DNA from: a virus
Taxonomy: Duplodnaviria; Caudoviricetes
Length of the DNA stretch: 40,414 bases
Virus record (IMG/VR): IMGVR_UViG_3300030330_003853
Span: 1 to 40,414 of that record
Strand: one strand, 5' to 3'
The notes beneath the pieces were generated by a model, which worked only from the letters and a program-made list of their open reading frames with translations, did no database searches and was not told the DNA's origin. The position numbers and the translations under genes are program-made. Below are positions 14,801-22,421 of the stretch, in pieces; the first letter of the stretch is position 1, and each line of letters begins with the position of its first letter.

Positions 14801-17699
14801 TTGATTTACCCAACTTTGTTTTACCCCTATTGTTTTTAAAATCATTATTTATTTCTTGAGTATTATATAATATCCTGGCAGTTTCATTGATTTGTTGATC
14901 GGTAGGATTATTATTCCCGTCTTTAATTAATTGATTTTTAGCTTTTTCTAATATACTATTTCTTCTATCAATATCTTCTTTTTTGTTACTAGCTAAAAAA
15001 CCATTATACTTATTACCAAAAGCAACAGGATCCTTTAACATGTCTATTTTAGCTTGATTTTTATCAAATTGTTCTTGTAAATTATCTAATGCTTTTCTTT
15101 TTGTTTCAGCATCTAAAGAAGAATCATTGGTTATATTTTTAGCTTGAGTTCTTATAACCTCTTGTTCTGAAACCGTGCTTAAAAACTGAGTAACAAACTT
15201 AGGAGACATATTTTGCATCTTATTTTCAACACCTTCTAATATCTGTTTATTTTCGTTTTCTAGCGTTTTAACTTGCTCGTTTAATATTTTAGCTGTCTCT
15301 GGTTTTATATACCTATTAGTTCCATCTAATTGTATTTTTAAATCAGTTAACTTAGTTAAGTTATTTCTATATTTTTGTTTAACTTCAGAATTAGAAAACG
15401 TGTTCATCATAACACCTTTATAAAAAGGAGTGTGACCAAACATTGTACCAAACATACCACCACTAAAAGCCGCGTGTCCTAAATTTTCTGTTATCGGTCT
15501 ACCAGTTAAAAGATTTTGTGTTATAGTTGTACCAACCTCTGATGTTGTTTCTAGTAAAGGATCTATTAATAATTGACGTTTACCATTTTGTATAAAATGT
15601 TGTTTAATACCATCTAATCCAGACTGCATATTTTTACTTGCACCGTACATTGATTTCCAAGATCGCTTCATTACTGGTAGAGTAAGAAACCTATCAAATA
15701 TAACCTCAGCTGTTCCGTATCCAGCACTTACTAAAGCTTTTTTAAATAGTGAAGTTTCATTACCTGGATTCTCTGCGTCTCTTCTAACGTAATCGATCCA
15801 GTTGTCACCAGCACTAGAATAACCTAAAGACGGTATACCAACACCTGGTATTGCTATAGTAGCGAATATAGGTATTTGATTACCTACTTCTTGAGCAAGA
15901 AATTTGCCGAAGTTACCCTTTTTAAAAGCATCTTCAAATTTAACATCCGGTTGAAACGAGTCATGATATATACTATTAGCTTGATCAATCTTAAGCATTG
16001 TTTTATCTAAAGCTTTATTATCAACACCCATTAAAGAACTAGTTAGCTTACTACCTCCATAAGCACCTTTTACTATTATCCTCGAAAACCCAGAACCAAT
16101 ATTGTGAACAAATTTTTCCCAATCATTATAATTTTTTTGTATAAGATTATTTTTATAATCACTATTTTCAAGGTTTGTTAACATTTCTTCATTACTATCT
16201 AACCACGTGTCAAATTGTTCTATTTTGTGATTTAAAACCGTTGATGCTACTTGATAGTTGTCCCATCTTTCTTTTGGAACTTTTCTACCATCTTCTAATG
16301 TAACATAATCTTCTTCATCTCCTATAGCAAATCTAGCTGTAGAATCATTAAAAAAAGTGTTCATATCCTCTACTAATTTAGAATGAGGATCTTTTATAAG
16401 TTGATCTATTTTAAGTTTATATTCAAGTTCATAAGCTGCTAATTTTCTTATATCTTTTTCATTCTTTAATAAAGAACCTACTTTTATTTTATTATATAAA
16501 GGAGTTTCTTCTATATCGTTCATCATTTGCACTATCTTGTTTTTCTGTGCTTCAATAATATCATCGTGAACTATCGTTTCCCAAGCTGTATGTTCTATTT
16601 GTTCTTGTGTTGGATTTTCAAAACCCTGATTTATTAAATCTTTCTTTGCTTTTTTAAGTTCATCTTCATATGGTTGAATTTCTTGACTTACGTATTGTGG
16701 AAATTTATCATAAGATATATTTTTACTTTTTACTATTGGCTTAAATAAATCTAATTTTGGAACAAAGTTTCCATCTTCATCAGTTTCACTGTAATTACTT
16801 ATTATATTATTTTTTTCATCTTTAGTTAAATCTAAACCTAAAGCCTCATAGTCTTCAATAAGTTTATCTTGTCTTTTTTTAGATTTTAATTTATCTTCAT
16901 CAGATAAATTTTTATTAAGAAAATTAAATAATTTATCACTAGAATTATTTCTTATAGAATTTAAAACATCTTCTTTTGCTGGTAATTTATTTAAACCAAA
17001 GTCCAACTCTATTTCTTCTCCAGATGTTCTGTGAGTTATTCTAACTCTGTTTTGATTTTTTATATCTCCAATTGACTCATATATAAAGGGTGAATCATCA
17101 CCCTCTCCAAACATACCTTGTAACTGTTGTATTGCGCCGTCACTTTTATTGTTAAAAAAATCATTAGTTTTACTTTGGGTAATTTTAGTATCACCACCAA
17201 CTATAAAATCAAAAAGACCATTATTTTCTTGATTTATTTTGTATTTTAATTCTTGTTTTTCTTCTTCATTTCTTAGATTACGACGAAATTGTTTATCTCT
17301 TTCAAGTTGATCATGTGTTAAAGTAGTGTATCCAAAAAAATCTTTTTTACTTTTAGTTATTAAGTTTCCTTGAGTATCATACTGCTTCATTGATTCCTCG
17401 GTTGGAGGCACATACCATGATGGTAACTCATTTTGTGATTCCGAAGAACCATCTCCCGAATTGGATTCCGTATCTATTTGTTGTTGATTGTTTTGAGACT
17501 GATTCGTCTCTTGATTCGATGCTGTAAGATCTTGCTCCACAGTCGCATCTTCTGTAGAGCTTATTTGGTTTCCCGATTTATCAGATTTTAAAACTGCTGT
17601 TAAATTGTTTTCTTTTAATTCAGCTTGAAAAGCTGCTTCATCTTCTGGTGCTACAGTTTCTACGCTACCATCAGATAAAATATATACTTTATCTTCCAT
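8814..17699 (-). CDS. Giant multidomain (polyvalent) protein, probable virion-ejected cargo: zincin HExxH, sigma70-like, HNH-like, HAD-like and two C-terminal C3H Zn-finger repeats
   Basis: 2961 aa. HELGH (~aa 1034); sigma-like segments (~aa 1250-1430); EHAMP...N (~aa 1808); FDFDETL/LTAR/FVDD (from ~aa 2008); paired CxAxKSNGxRC..C..H at the C-terminus. Lies after putative ejection genes. Confidence 0.75.
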   Translation of the reverse strand: MEDKVYILSDGSVETVAPEDEAAFQAELKENNLTAVLKSDKSGNQISSTEDATVEQDLTASNQETNQSQNNQQQIDTESNSGDGSSESQNELPSWYVPPTEESMKQYDTQGNLITKSKKDFFGYTTLTHDQLERDKQFRRNLRNEEEKQELKYKINQENNGLFDFIVGGDTKITQSKTNDFFNNKSDGAIQQLQGMFGEGDDSPFIYESIGDIKNQNRVRITHRTSGEEIELDFGLNKLPAKEDVLNSIRNNSSDKLFNFLNKNLSDEDKLKSKKRQDKLIEDYEALGLDLTKDEKNNIISNYSETDEDGNFVPKLDLFKPIVKSKNISYDKFPQYVSQEIQPYEDELKKAKKDLINQGFENPTQEQIEHTAWETIVHDDIIEAQKNKIVQMMNDIEETPLYNKIKVGSLLKNEKDIRKLAAYELEYKLKIDQLIKDPHSKLVEDMNTFFNDSTARFAIGDEEDYVTLEDGRKVPKERWDNYQVASTVLNHKIEQFDTWLDSNEEMLTNLENSDYKNNLIQKNYNDWEKFVHNIGSGFSRIIVKGAYGGSKLTSSLMGVDNKALDKTMLKIDQANSIYHDSFQPDVKFEDAFKKGNFGKFLAQEVGNQIPIFATIAIPGVGIPSLGYSSAGDNWIDYVRRDAENPGNETSLFKKALVSAGYGTAEVIFDRFLTLPVMKRSWKSMYGASKNMQSGLDGIKQHFIQNGKRQLLIDPLLETTSEVGTTITQNLLTGRPITENLGHAAFSGGMFGTMFGHTPFYKGVMMNTFSNSEVKQKYRNNLTKLTDLKIQLDGTNRYIKPETAKILNEQVKTLENENKQILEGVENKMQNMSPKFVTQFLSTVSEQEVIRTQAKNITNDSSLDAETKRKALDNLQEQFDKNQAKIDMLKDPVAFGNKYNGFLASNKKEDIDRRNSILEKAKNQLIKDGNNNPTDQQINETARILYNTQEINNDFKNNRGKTKLGKSIKNYQTTEQAIEEINKLDNVSDANKAAAIKNIEEGGHGANMPTTDGNYIPFQVVENMAKDDRTETRTHELGHTILSEAIGQNPEAFTDIANQILQHVRTKNPNLHALLVAETQGMGADEVITRYMELVAEGKIDLQAKNNKGLGAMMGWLFGKGVAKSTNSDFDFNFEGETDAVTFVTQLAKKIKAGTLTLEQRKAIKKSKIAQEAALLNKLFGDKTKVETKKSEALAKNTVEIVNENERLYNKVVDDAAKKGIPLNEVYYETVEDSKGKEKKVKFYKAVSDRVRGELIVNNMATANKLARKAYDAGFESGTKRVSLEEFQSGFMMELSDLARTWNPAEGVPFGAYVNNVLPTRYNQILDEAKGQGPETISMSTKEGDIDFVDTDIVAGGGVSAKQAEGKVVNKELDLDSKKVSEIENTVKEANVPLSKLTYKGVKKLITNGPLNKVLDIVSKDFGVDANRIRKNQDLDGKQREAARDKIVELSKKGKLIDMLPEGTDRSGKATGVAPSLLNKFYIKGSRAKVKEGATAAGLPIQVKKPNVTNKDFLSAFGINPDGTTKKGTSLDGALRAFITQVAQLEANQQIRKNAIEQGVDRATVEKVGEGKSEVMFSEKVDVKISNLINVKSPFEIEGSKVINDVLKSHVDKNGVPLEPINPLASKEDVIKYVKDLKTYVLPLMPRDFWFGKPNKKGEYGTVFTPGNRVGKLKKAGVYDYYKKEMEKLRDFDNFGKPVDGVNDYSKSSYQTLFKNPESFKKEAEAFNDKVGKIHRAFWMRSYKAIQANPNSASTIGNYLKLTVHDSSHWHKFGAQATAYSPNPKGKWKEYTNKKTGKKERKWTAYEFEHAMPATAAYLYLLDSALESGINFEAAYDLVMDNYKLIALDANENQKLNDAGYARIMPPNWSVIDNTWWERYFNEKVAQQGKGKNKGIDPSKIIMLDGRTIAETFNINKDGNPSIVKASKRQITNIQNVLKAFNKQAELIKKQNKEIQADLEKRGYTFVEKTKYSKKGQTPSEMIKIMQADLEAKGYKFVDIDNKGMSTFDFDETLIIDGENFVVATDPKTGEKINIKSGDWPTKGPELAEQGYEFNFDDFVNVRGGVDGPLLQKMKNQIKKYGPENVFVLTARPQEAATAIDGWLKSKGINIPFKNITGLADSKGEAKADWMLEKFAEGYNDMYFVDDALPNVKAVKNVLEQLDIKSKVVQAKVKFSKSAPLDFNKILEQSKGVAADKRFSVAEARKRGIKNNKFNFFVPPSAEDFKGLIYSFLGRGKEGDAHMKFFKENLLDPYAKGYREWNTYKQAMADDYAALKKQFPNVSKILKTKVKGTSFTNDTAVRVYLWDKAGFEIPGISKTLQDKLVKQVNSNPELKQFAEGLSVISRRPEGYIKPSSYWTAQTIGNDLNNIVGTVGRKEFLSEWINNKNIIFSPENLNKIEAIYGKDFRDALENMLYRMETGTNRTTGKDANVNKFLNWINGSVGATMFINMRSAVLQTISTVNFINWGDNNVFKAAKAFANQPQFWKDFIFIMNSPMLKQRRAGLQIDVSASELTSAFSDGKSKTEAVIAYLLEKGFTPTKIADSFAISLGGSTFYRNRLNTYVKQGMSEAKAKEQAWLDFQEIAEETQQSSRPDLISMQQAGVMGRIILAWQNTPMQMTRLTKKSLSDLINRRKMPGLTQFQSDRANISRIMYYGVAQNVIFGALQTGLMFMLFGNDEDEEKKKKMELRVANGAFDTLLRGTGVYGAAVATLKNVLLKWREESQKGWNRENLNIAQEAINLSPPIGSKMRKIMNAVRTEQYNKGVSKEIGFRIENPNLSIAANLTEALTNIPVARVLNKANNVEEALTGNHDIWQRVALTSGWSRWSVGVEDEELEQAKADAKEARRIKKEELKTQKKEEEKKAKEEEKKKVEEEKKKEGIKKIRCSAIKSNGQRCKIMVETKAKSAKCMYHKTYTEEEEKKGTDRDNDGIREFRCTATKSNGERCKNRTENKSKKCYAHQ

Positions 17700-17727
17700 T
17701 TTTACTGTTTCGTTAGTTACCCGTTTT

Positions 17728-18951
17728 TTATACTTTTCTACTTAAACTTCCTGGTATGTATTTATTTCTTTTGCCCTTATTTTTTGTTTCTTTTTTCTTT
17801 TTATTTCCAGCTCCTAATTTATGTTGGTTTTCTAAGAAGTTCACATAATAATCAGATAGATAATTATCTACCATTAGTTTACCATTACCGTCAAGTTCTC
17901 TATTGTTAATTAAAGCATCAGCTAAATTTTTAGCTTCGTTATCGTCTATCTTTCCATCACCATTTATATCAGCATCAGCTAACTGAGAATCTGTTATACC
18001 TAAATCTCTATATGTTCTACCACCAGTATCTGCTCCTTTAATCCAATTTTTTAAATCATTATAAAATGTTCTACCTGGTATCATTTCATCATATATTAAT
18101 GAATCTTTATCTCCTTTAGCTATAATAGATCCATCAACGAAATCTTTCGCACCAGCTTTGTTAAATAGTATTTCTTCTTCTGGGGTACTACTCATACCGA
18201 TTTTTTTATAATCTTGTCCAGCTTTTATTATACCTTGTTTAACAGGTTCATCAACCTTTTTAACCATACTCTCTAACTCTTGCATCGATGTCCATTTTAA
18301 TGGTTTAGCCTCGATAACATTTTGTAGTTCTTGTCTTTGAGAATACAAATCTTCCATTACTTTCTCATCATAGGTTCCACTACTTTCTAGTTCATTGATT
18401 TGGTTATCTAAATATCTAATTTGATCGTTAGCAGCGTCTACCACGCCAAAGTCTGGCATCATAACTCCAAATTCTCCTTCATCATTACATTCTTCTCCTT
18501 CTGGACATCCTTTCTTTTTTAATACAGAATCTTTGTTTGTAATTACTTCTAAAACAGCTTTACCTCTCTGAGTATTTTTCCAATTTGAATTAAGTGTTCC
18601 ATCATCCCATGATTCAGCTATATCAGTTTTTATACGTGAAAAATCATCAGCTGATTCAGCCATCATAGTTTGTTCTCTTTGTAACAATGCTTTTTCTTTT
18701 GGTGACGAAGCTTCTATATATAAAGGTTGCATTTCATTTTTAAGAGTATCATGCACATTGTTATATTCAGCTGCTGATAATTCACCGCCATTGTTAATAA
18801 TCTCTTGCATTTCCACGCTATAATTACCAACTTCTTTTCTCTTCTCTTCATTTAAATCTCCTAAATTATTAACGGTATTTAACGTGCTTTTGTTTACCGC
18901 GTTAGGATCTTCTACTGTTCTATATGATTGTTTAAATGGTGAACTACTCAT
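17728..18951 (-). CDS. Putative internal virion/ejection protein with EF-hand-like loop
   Basis: 407 aa, helical and acidic with a basic tail; DINGDGKIDDNE; starts MSSSPFKQ; adjacent to the giant gene. Confidence 0.55.
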   Translation of the reverse strand: MSSSPFKQSYRTVEDPNAVNKSTLNTVNNLGDLNEEKRKEVGNYSVEMQEIINNGGELSAAEYNNVHDTLKNEMQPLYIEASSPKEKALLQREQTMMAESADDFSRIKTDIAESWDDGTLNSNWKNTQRGKAVLEVITNKDSVLKKKGCPEGEECNDEGEFGVMMPDFGVVDAANDQIRYLDNQINELESSGTYDEKVMEDLYSQRQELQNVIEAKPLKWTSMQELESMVKKVDEPVKQGIIKAGQDYKKIGMSSTPEEEILFNKAGAKDFVDGSIIAKGDKDSLIYDEMIPGRTFYNDLKNWIKGADTGGRTYRDLGITDSQLADADINGDGKIDDNEAKNLADALINNRELDGNGKLMVDNYLSDYYVNFLENQHKLGAGNKKKKETKNKGKRNKYIPGSLSRKV

Positions 18952-19876
18952 TACTTATATATTTAAATTTAACATCAATCTTAGAATAATCTACCATATT
19001 ATATCCATCTTTATTTTCAACAACAACGTCACTCAACATCTCATCAGCCATAACACCTTGAAAAACTCCTTCACCAAACATCTTGTTGATATATTCAAAT
19101 AAGTATATATTTAAACCACTAGGAGATTTACCTATTAATTTAATATTTTTCTTAAGTTTTCTATCTGAAGCAATAGCACCTAAAAGTTGACCGCCTCCAG
19201 CGATAGCACTTTGAATACCTTGCATCTTTTGTTGTTGTGCGGCCGCAACTTGAGCTTCTCTAGCAGCTTGGTCTTGTTGAGCTAAATTAAGTAATGTTCC
19301 TTGTTTGCTCATTTCCATTTGTTGAGACTGTTGTTCTCCCGCTGCTATCATTTGATCAACTTGAGCTTGACCTTGTCTTTGTTGTAAATCAACATCAGCT
19401 GCACCACGAGCTTCCATTTGTTGTAATTGGCCAGCTTGTCTAGCTGCAGCCATTTGATTAGCTGCTTCTTGTTGACCTATAGACGCAGAAGATCTTTGAG
19501 CTGCTAATTGACCTTGACTAGCTAGTGTTTGAGCTAACGCTGCTATACCACTACTACCAGCCGCACCTCTCATACTTTCCATTATATTTGCTTGACTCTG
19601 TTGAAATTGTTGAGCTTCAAACTGAGCTTGCTGTTGATTAACTGTTAAATCCTCCATTGTATTTTCTAATCCTTCGAATTGATTAGTCATACCAGCGAAT
19701 TGATTTTCCATATTGGCATAAGGATTACTAGTGTCTAAATTAGAATAAACACTCTTCATCCTTTCCATTTCTTTTTGGGCTTTTCTAGCTTTAGCTTCAG
19801 CAGCACGTTGACGCTTACCCGCGCCAATAGCTCCTACAACTCCGCCAACTATCCCGGCAACTGCTCCAAATGGCAT
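18944..19876 (-). CDS. Putative DNA-ejection/pilot protein with C-terminal peptidase S74-like (intramolecular chaperone) domain
   Basis: Gly/Ala hydrophobic N-terminus, long Q/A-rich helical body, then SDRKLKKNI...IYLFEY...GVMADE. Confidence 0.7.
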   Translation of the reverse strand: MPFGAVAGIVGGVVGAIGAGKRQRAAEAKARKAQKEMERMKSVYSNLDTSNPYANMENQFAGMTNQFEGLENTMEDLTVNQQQAQFEAQQFQQSQANIMESMRGAAGSSGIAALAQTLASQGQLAAQRSSASIGQQEAANQMAAARQAGQLQQMEARGAADVDLQQRQGQAQVDQMIAAGEQQSQQMEMSKQGTLLNLAQQDQAAREAQVAAAQQQKMQGIQSAIAGGGQLLGAIASDRKLKKNIKLIGKSPSGLNIYLFEYINKMFGEGVFQGVMADEMLSDVVVENKDGYNMVDYSKIDVKFKYISNE

Positions 19877-19895
19877 ATTAATTAATTTTAAATTA

Positions 19896-20645
19896 TTACT
19901 TTTCTGTTTTTTCCTTTATTTTTTCAAAAATGTTTTCTCCATTTTTTCCACCTTTACCTTTATTCACTTTTTCTTTTATGTCACTTAGTGATAGCTTTTT
20001 TTCTTTACCCTTATTTGCTTTTTCTTTTATATCACTTAGTGATAGTTTTTTATTATCTCCATTTCCTTTCTTAACCTTCTTTCCCTTTTGTGTTTCAGGT
20101 ATCATATCTCTTGATTCATGACTATACCTACCCTCTTTCCTACCTACGTTAGGATTTTCACCTGGTCCAAAAGTTGATTGAGGTACATATTCATCATCAT
20201 AATTTCTTTTCTTATCTTTCTTTTGACTACCTATTGTTTTCTTTGTAGTCTTTTCATTTTCTTTTTCAATTTTCTTTTTATCATCAACGAACTTCTTTTT
20301 GTTTTCATCTTTGATAGTACTTTCTTTTTTCTTCTTTTCCTTATTCTTTTTCTTTTTAGTTTCCTCAGAACTATCAGGATAATTTATATCTCCAGGTGGA
20401 GGTGGAGTAACACTTCCAAACCTTAATGAGTCAGGCGCTGATGAACCTCCTGGAGCACTAGTTGATACAGGTGCACTTCCACTATCTTGAATTGGGTCAG
20501 TAGGTGGAACGTTAATTTCAGTAGGGTGATGTGTGTACGTTGTTAACGTTGTACCTATTTGAGTGTTATCCATCTGTTGTTTGTTAGGAGAACTACCCAT
20601 ATCTTTAAAAGTAGTTCTATTTCCTGATCTCATTTTAAAAGCCAT
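19896..20645 (-). CDS. Lys-rich low-complexity protein (MAFKM family)
   Basis: 249 aa, starts MAFKMRSG..SSPNKQ; P/S-rich then K/E-rich; contains EYVPQS. Confidence 0.65.
   Translation of the reverse strand: MAFKMRSGNRTTFKDMGSSPNKQQMDNTQIGTTLTTYTHHPTEINVPPTDPIQDSGSAPVSTSAPGGSSAPDSLRFGSVTPPPPGDINYPDSSEETKKKKNKEKKKKESTIKDENKKKFVDDKKKIEKENEKTTKKTIGSQKKDKKRNYDDEYVPQSTFGPGENPNVGRKEGRYSHESRDMIPETQKGKKVKKGNGDNKKLSLSDIKEKANKGKEKKLSLSDIKEKVNKGKGGKNGENIFEKIKEKTEK
19952..20051. repeat. 51-bp tandem duplication encoding KKLSLSDIKEKxNKGK
   Basis: ctttacc..ttttcttttat.tcacttagtgatag.ttttt starting at 19952 and 20003. Confidence 0.9.
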
Positions 20646-20657
20646 AATCTTTCTTTA

Positions 20658-20679
20658 TTTTACTATTATATAGTTACAT
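20658..20679 (-). promoter_or_regulatory. Candidate phage promoter/operator ATGTAACTATATAATAGTAAAA
   Basis: Intergenic, 12 bp upstream of the 20645 ATG; near-identical copy at 35319-35340. Confidence 0.55.
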
Positions 20680-20689
20680 TATTTATCAA

Positions 20690-21094
20690 TTAATTACTAC
20701 TTTCTGTGATTTCACAAGATGTTGAAAATAACTCAGCTTTGGATTTAGAATTATTTAAAAACTTAAATCTACCGTAATAACCGACTATCGATGCTTCGTT
20801 TACAGATCTTTCTTTACCAAAGAATATAAAATCGGTTACATCTATAGATTGAGACGTATTACCCGTGTCACACAATATACTAACAACAGTGGGTATAGAA
20901 TCTTCTGTACAAACACCATTTGTTATTGTGCCATTACATATTAACATAATTGGTCCTAATTCAACAATGTCTTGGTTTTCAGTGTTTATATCAAAATCAT
21001 AACCTGTTAAACTTTCTTGTGGTATATAATAAATTATATCTCCTTCTTGACAAGATTGATTTATGGGATAATTAAATTGTAGCGTCGCTTCCAT
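20690..21094 (-). CDS. Hypothetical structural protein
   Basis: 134-aa acidic ORF in the tail gene block. Confidence 0.6.
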   Translation of the reverse strand: MEATLQFNYPINQSCQEGDIIYYIPQESLTGYDFDINTENQDIVELGPIMLICNGTITNGVCTEDSIPTVVSILCDTGNTSQSIDVTDFIFFGKERSVNEASIVGYYGRFKFLNNSKSKAELFSTSCEITESSN

Positions 21095-21114
21095 GTTTTT
21101 ATTATTTTATGTTA

Positions 21115-22410
21115 TTAACCGCAGTTTACCAAAGTATTTAATGCTATAGCCATGTTTACGTCTGTTGACCCTCGTTTATCAGCTCTAACACTAAATGAAA
21201 GAGTGGCAGTATCATTACTTATTTTTGTAGCTGAAAGAGCTAATGATATATTGTCAATATAAACTCTAGTTCCTCCATTTGCTGATTCATCTGAATTCGA
21301 CCAACTAGAGGATCTCCCATCGTTTTCAAAAGTAGGTGTTGCTGCTATAGAAAAAGTATGAGCAGAATTAACCGGTCTAAGAACATATGTTATTTTATAG
21401 CCACCTCTATTAGGTGTATAGTAATGTGTTATAGTTTGAGTTGATGCACCATCTGGAATGGTTTCACTATTAACAGTATATAAAACATTATTAACTGTTG
21501 CAGTAAATTTTAAAACTCCTACAACTCGTTGTGAAATAATTTTACTATGCCAATCGTCCCAGTTTTCAGTAGCTGAAAGTCTACCCTTACTCCATCCATG
21601 TAACTTTGATTTTATAGTTGAATTTATGTTTAAAGAGTATTTACCTAAACCATTATTATAATCTGTAGATGTTATACTTGGAAACTCTTGAATAAAAGAA
21701 TACCTACCTTTAGAATTTAACTTAGCATTTATAATAGCGTTTTTAGGTACAGACGAGTAGTTTTGTTCGTAATCAACTATTGAATAATCTTCAGTGGTAC
21801 TATTTGCTATGCTTTTACTTAAAATCGATTCCTCAAAAGTATCATGTGGTAAAACATTTCCACTAGAGTCTTTACTTTCAGTTATTTTATTTACAGAAAA
21901 TTTAAAACTAGTATTTGGTGTACCGTGAATTGTTATTTTTCTCTTTTCACCGCTTCGATTAACATCGTTTCTACCGTATTCTATTCTATCAATACCTGTT
22001 AATTTAGATATTATAGTTTTAGTTTCGTTTGATAAAACATATTTTAATTTATTTACTTTAGAAACACTTTCTTTAGCTGTATATATTAAATCATATAAAT
22101 AAACCGTTATTTTATTATTAGCATCTTTTTCTGTACTTTTTAATTTCATTCTTAAATTACTACCTAAATTTACAGATCTACTAGAAGGTTTATTTTTTAA
22201 ACCAGGAGCTTTTAAAAATCTTTTGTTTTCAGCAGCTGTTAGTTTTAACGTGCCAATAACTGTTGGTTTATTTAATTGAACTCTACCAGAAAAACTAAAT
22301 TGTTTCTTTTGATTAGTTTCTCCAGGATTTAAAGTTGTACTACTAATAGTTATATTGTCACTACCGACTATCTCTAATATACTACTATTTCTTAAAGTTT
22401 CTATTGCCAT
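21115..22410 (-). CDS. Hypothetical beta-rich tail-associated protein
   Basis: 431 aa, S/T/N/K-rich, in the tail block. Confidence 0.55.
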   Translation of the reverse strand: MAIETLRNSSILEIVGSDNITISSTTLNPGETNQKKQFSFSGRVQLNKPTVIGTLKLTAAENKRFLKAPGLKNKPSSRSVNLGSNLRMKLKSTEKDANNKITVYLYDLIYTAKESVSKVNKLKYVLSNETKTIISKLTGIDRIEYGRNDVNRSGEKRKITIHGTPNTSFKFSVNKITESKDSSGNVLPHDTFEESILSKSIANSTTEDYSIVDYEQNYSSVPKNAIINAKLNSKGRYSFIQEFPSITSTDYNNGLGKYSLNINSTIKSKLHGWSKGRLSATENWDDWHSKIISQRVVGVLKFTATVNNVLYTVNSETIPDGASTQTITHYYTPNRGGYKITYVLRPVNSAHTFSIAATPTFENDGRSSSWSNSDESANGGTRVYIDNISLALSATKISNDTATLSFSVRADKRGSTDVNMAIALNTLVNCG

Positions 22411-22421
22411 AAATTTATTTT

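Noticed and set aside
8814-17699. Giant virion RNA polymerase as in crAss-like phages
   Set aside because: No catalytic DFDxD/NADFDGD-type motif found; DFDETL fits HAD motif I with matching motifs II and IV. A highly divergent RNAP cannot be fully excluded without structure prediction.
6033-20051. Short tandem repeats at 6033-6117 and 19952-20051 as CRISPR-like arrays
   Set aside because: Periods are multiples of three, they are in-frame coding repeats, and there are no unique spacers.
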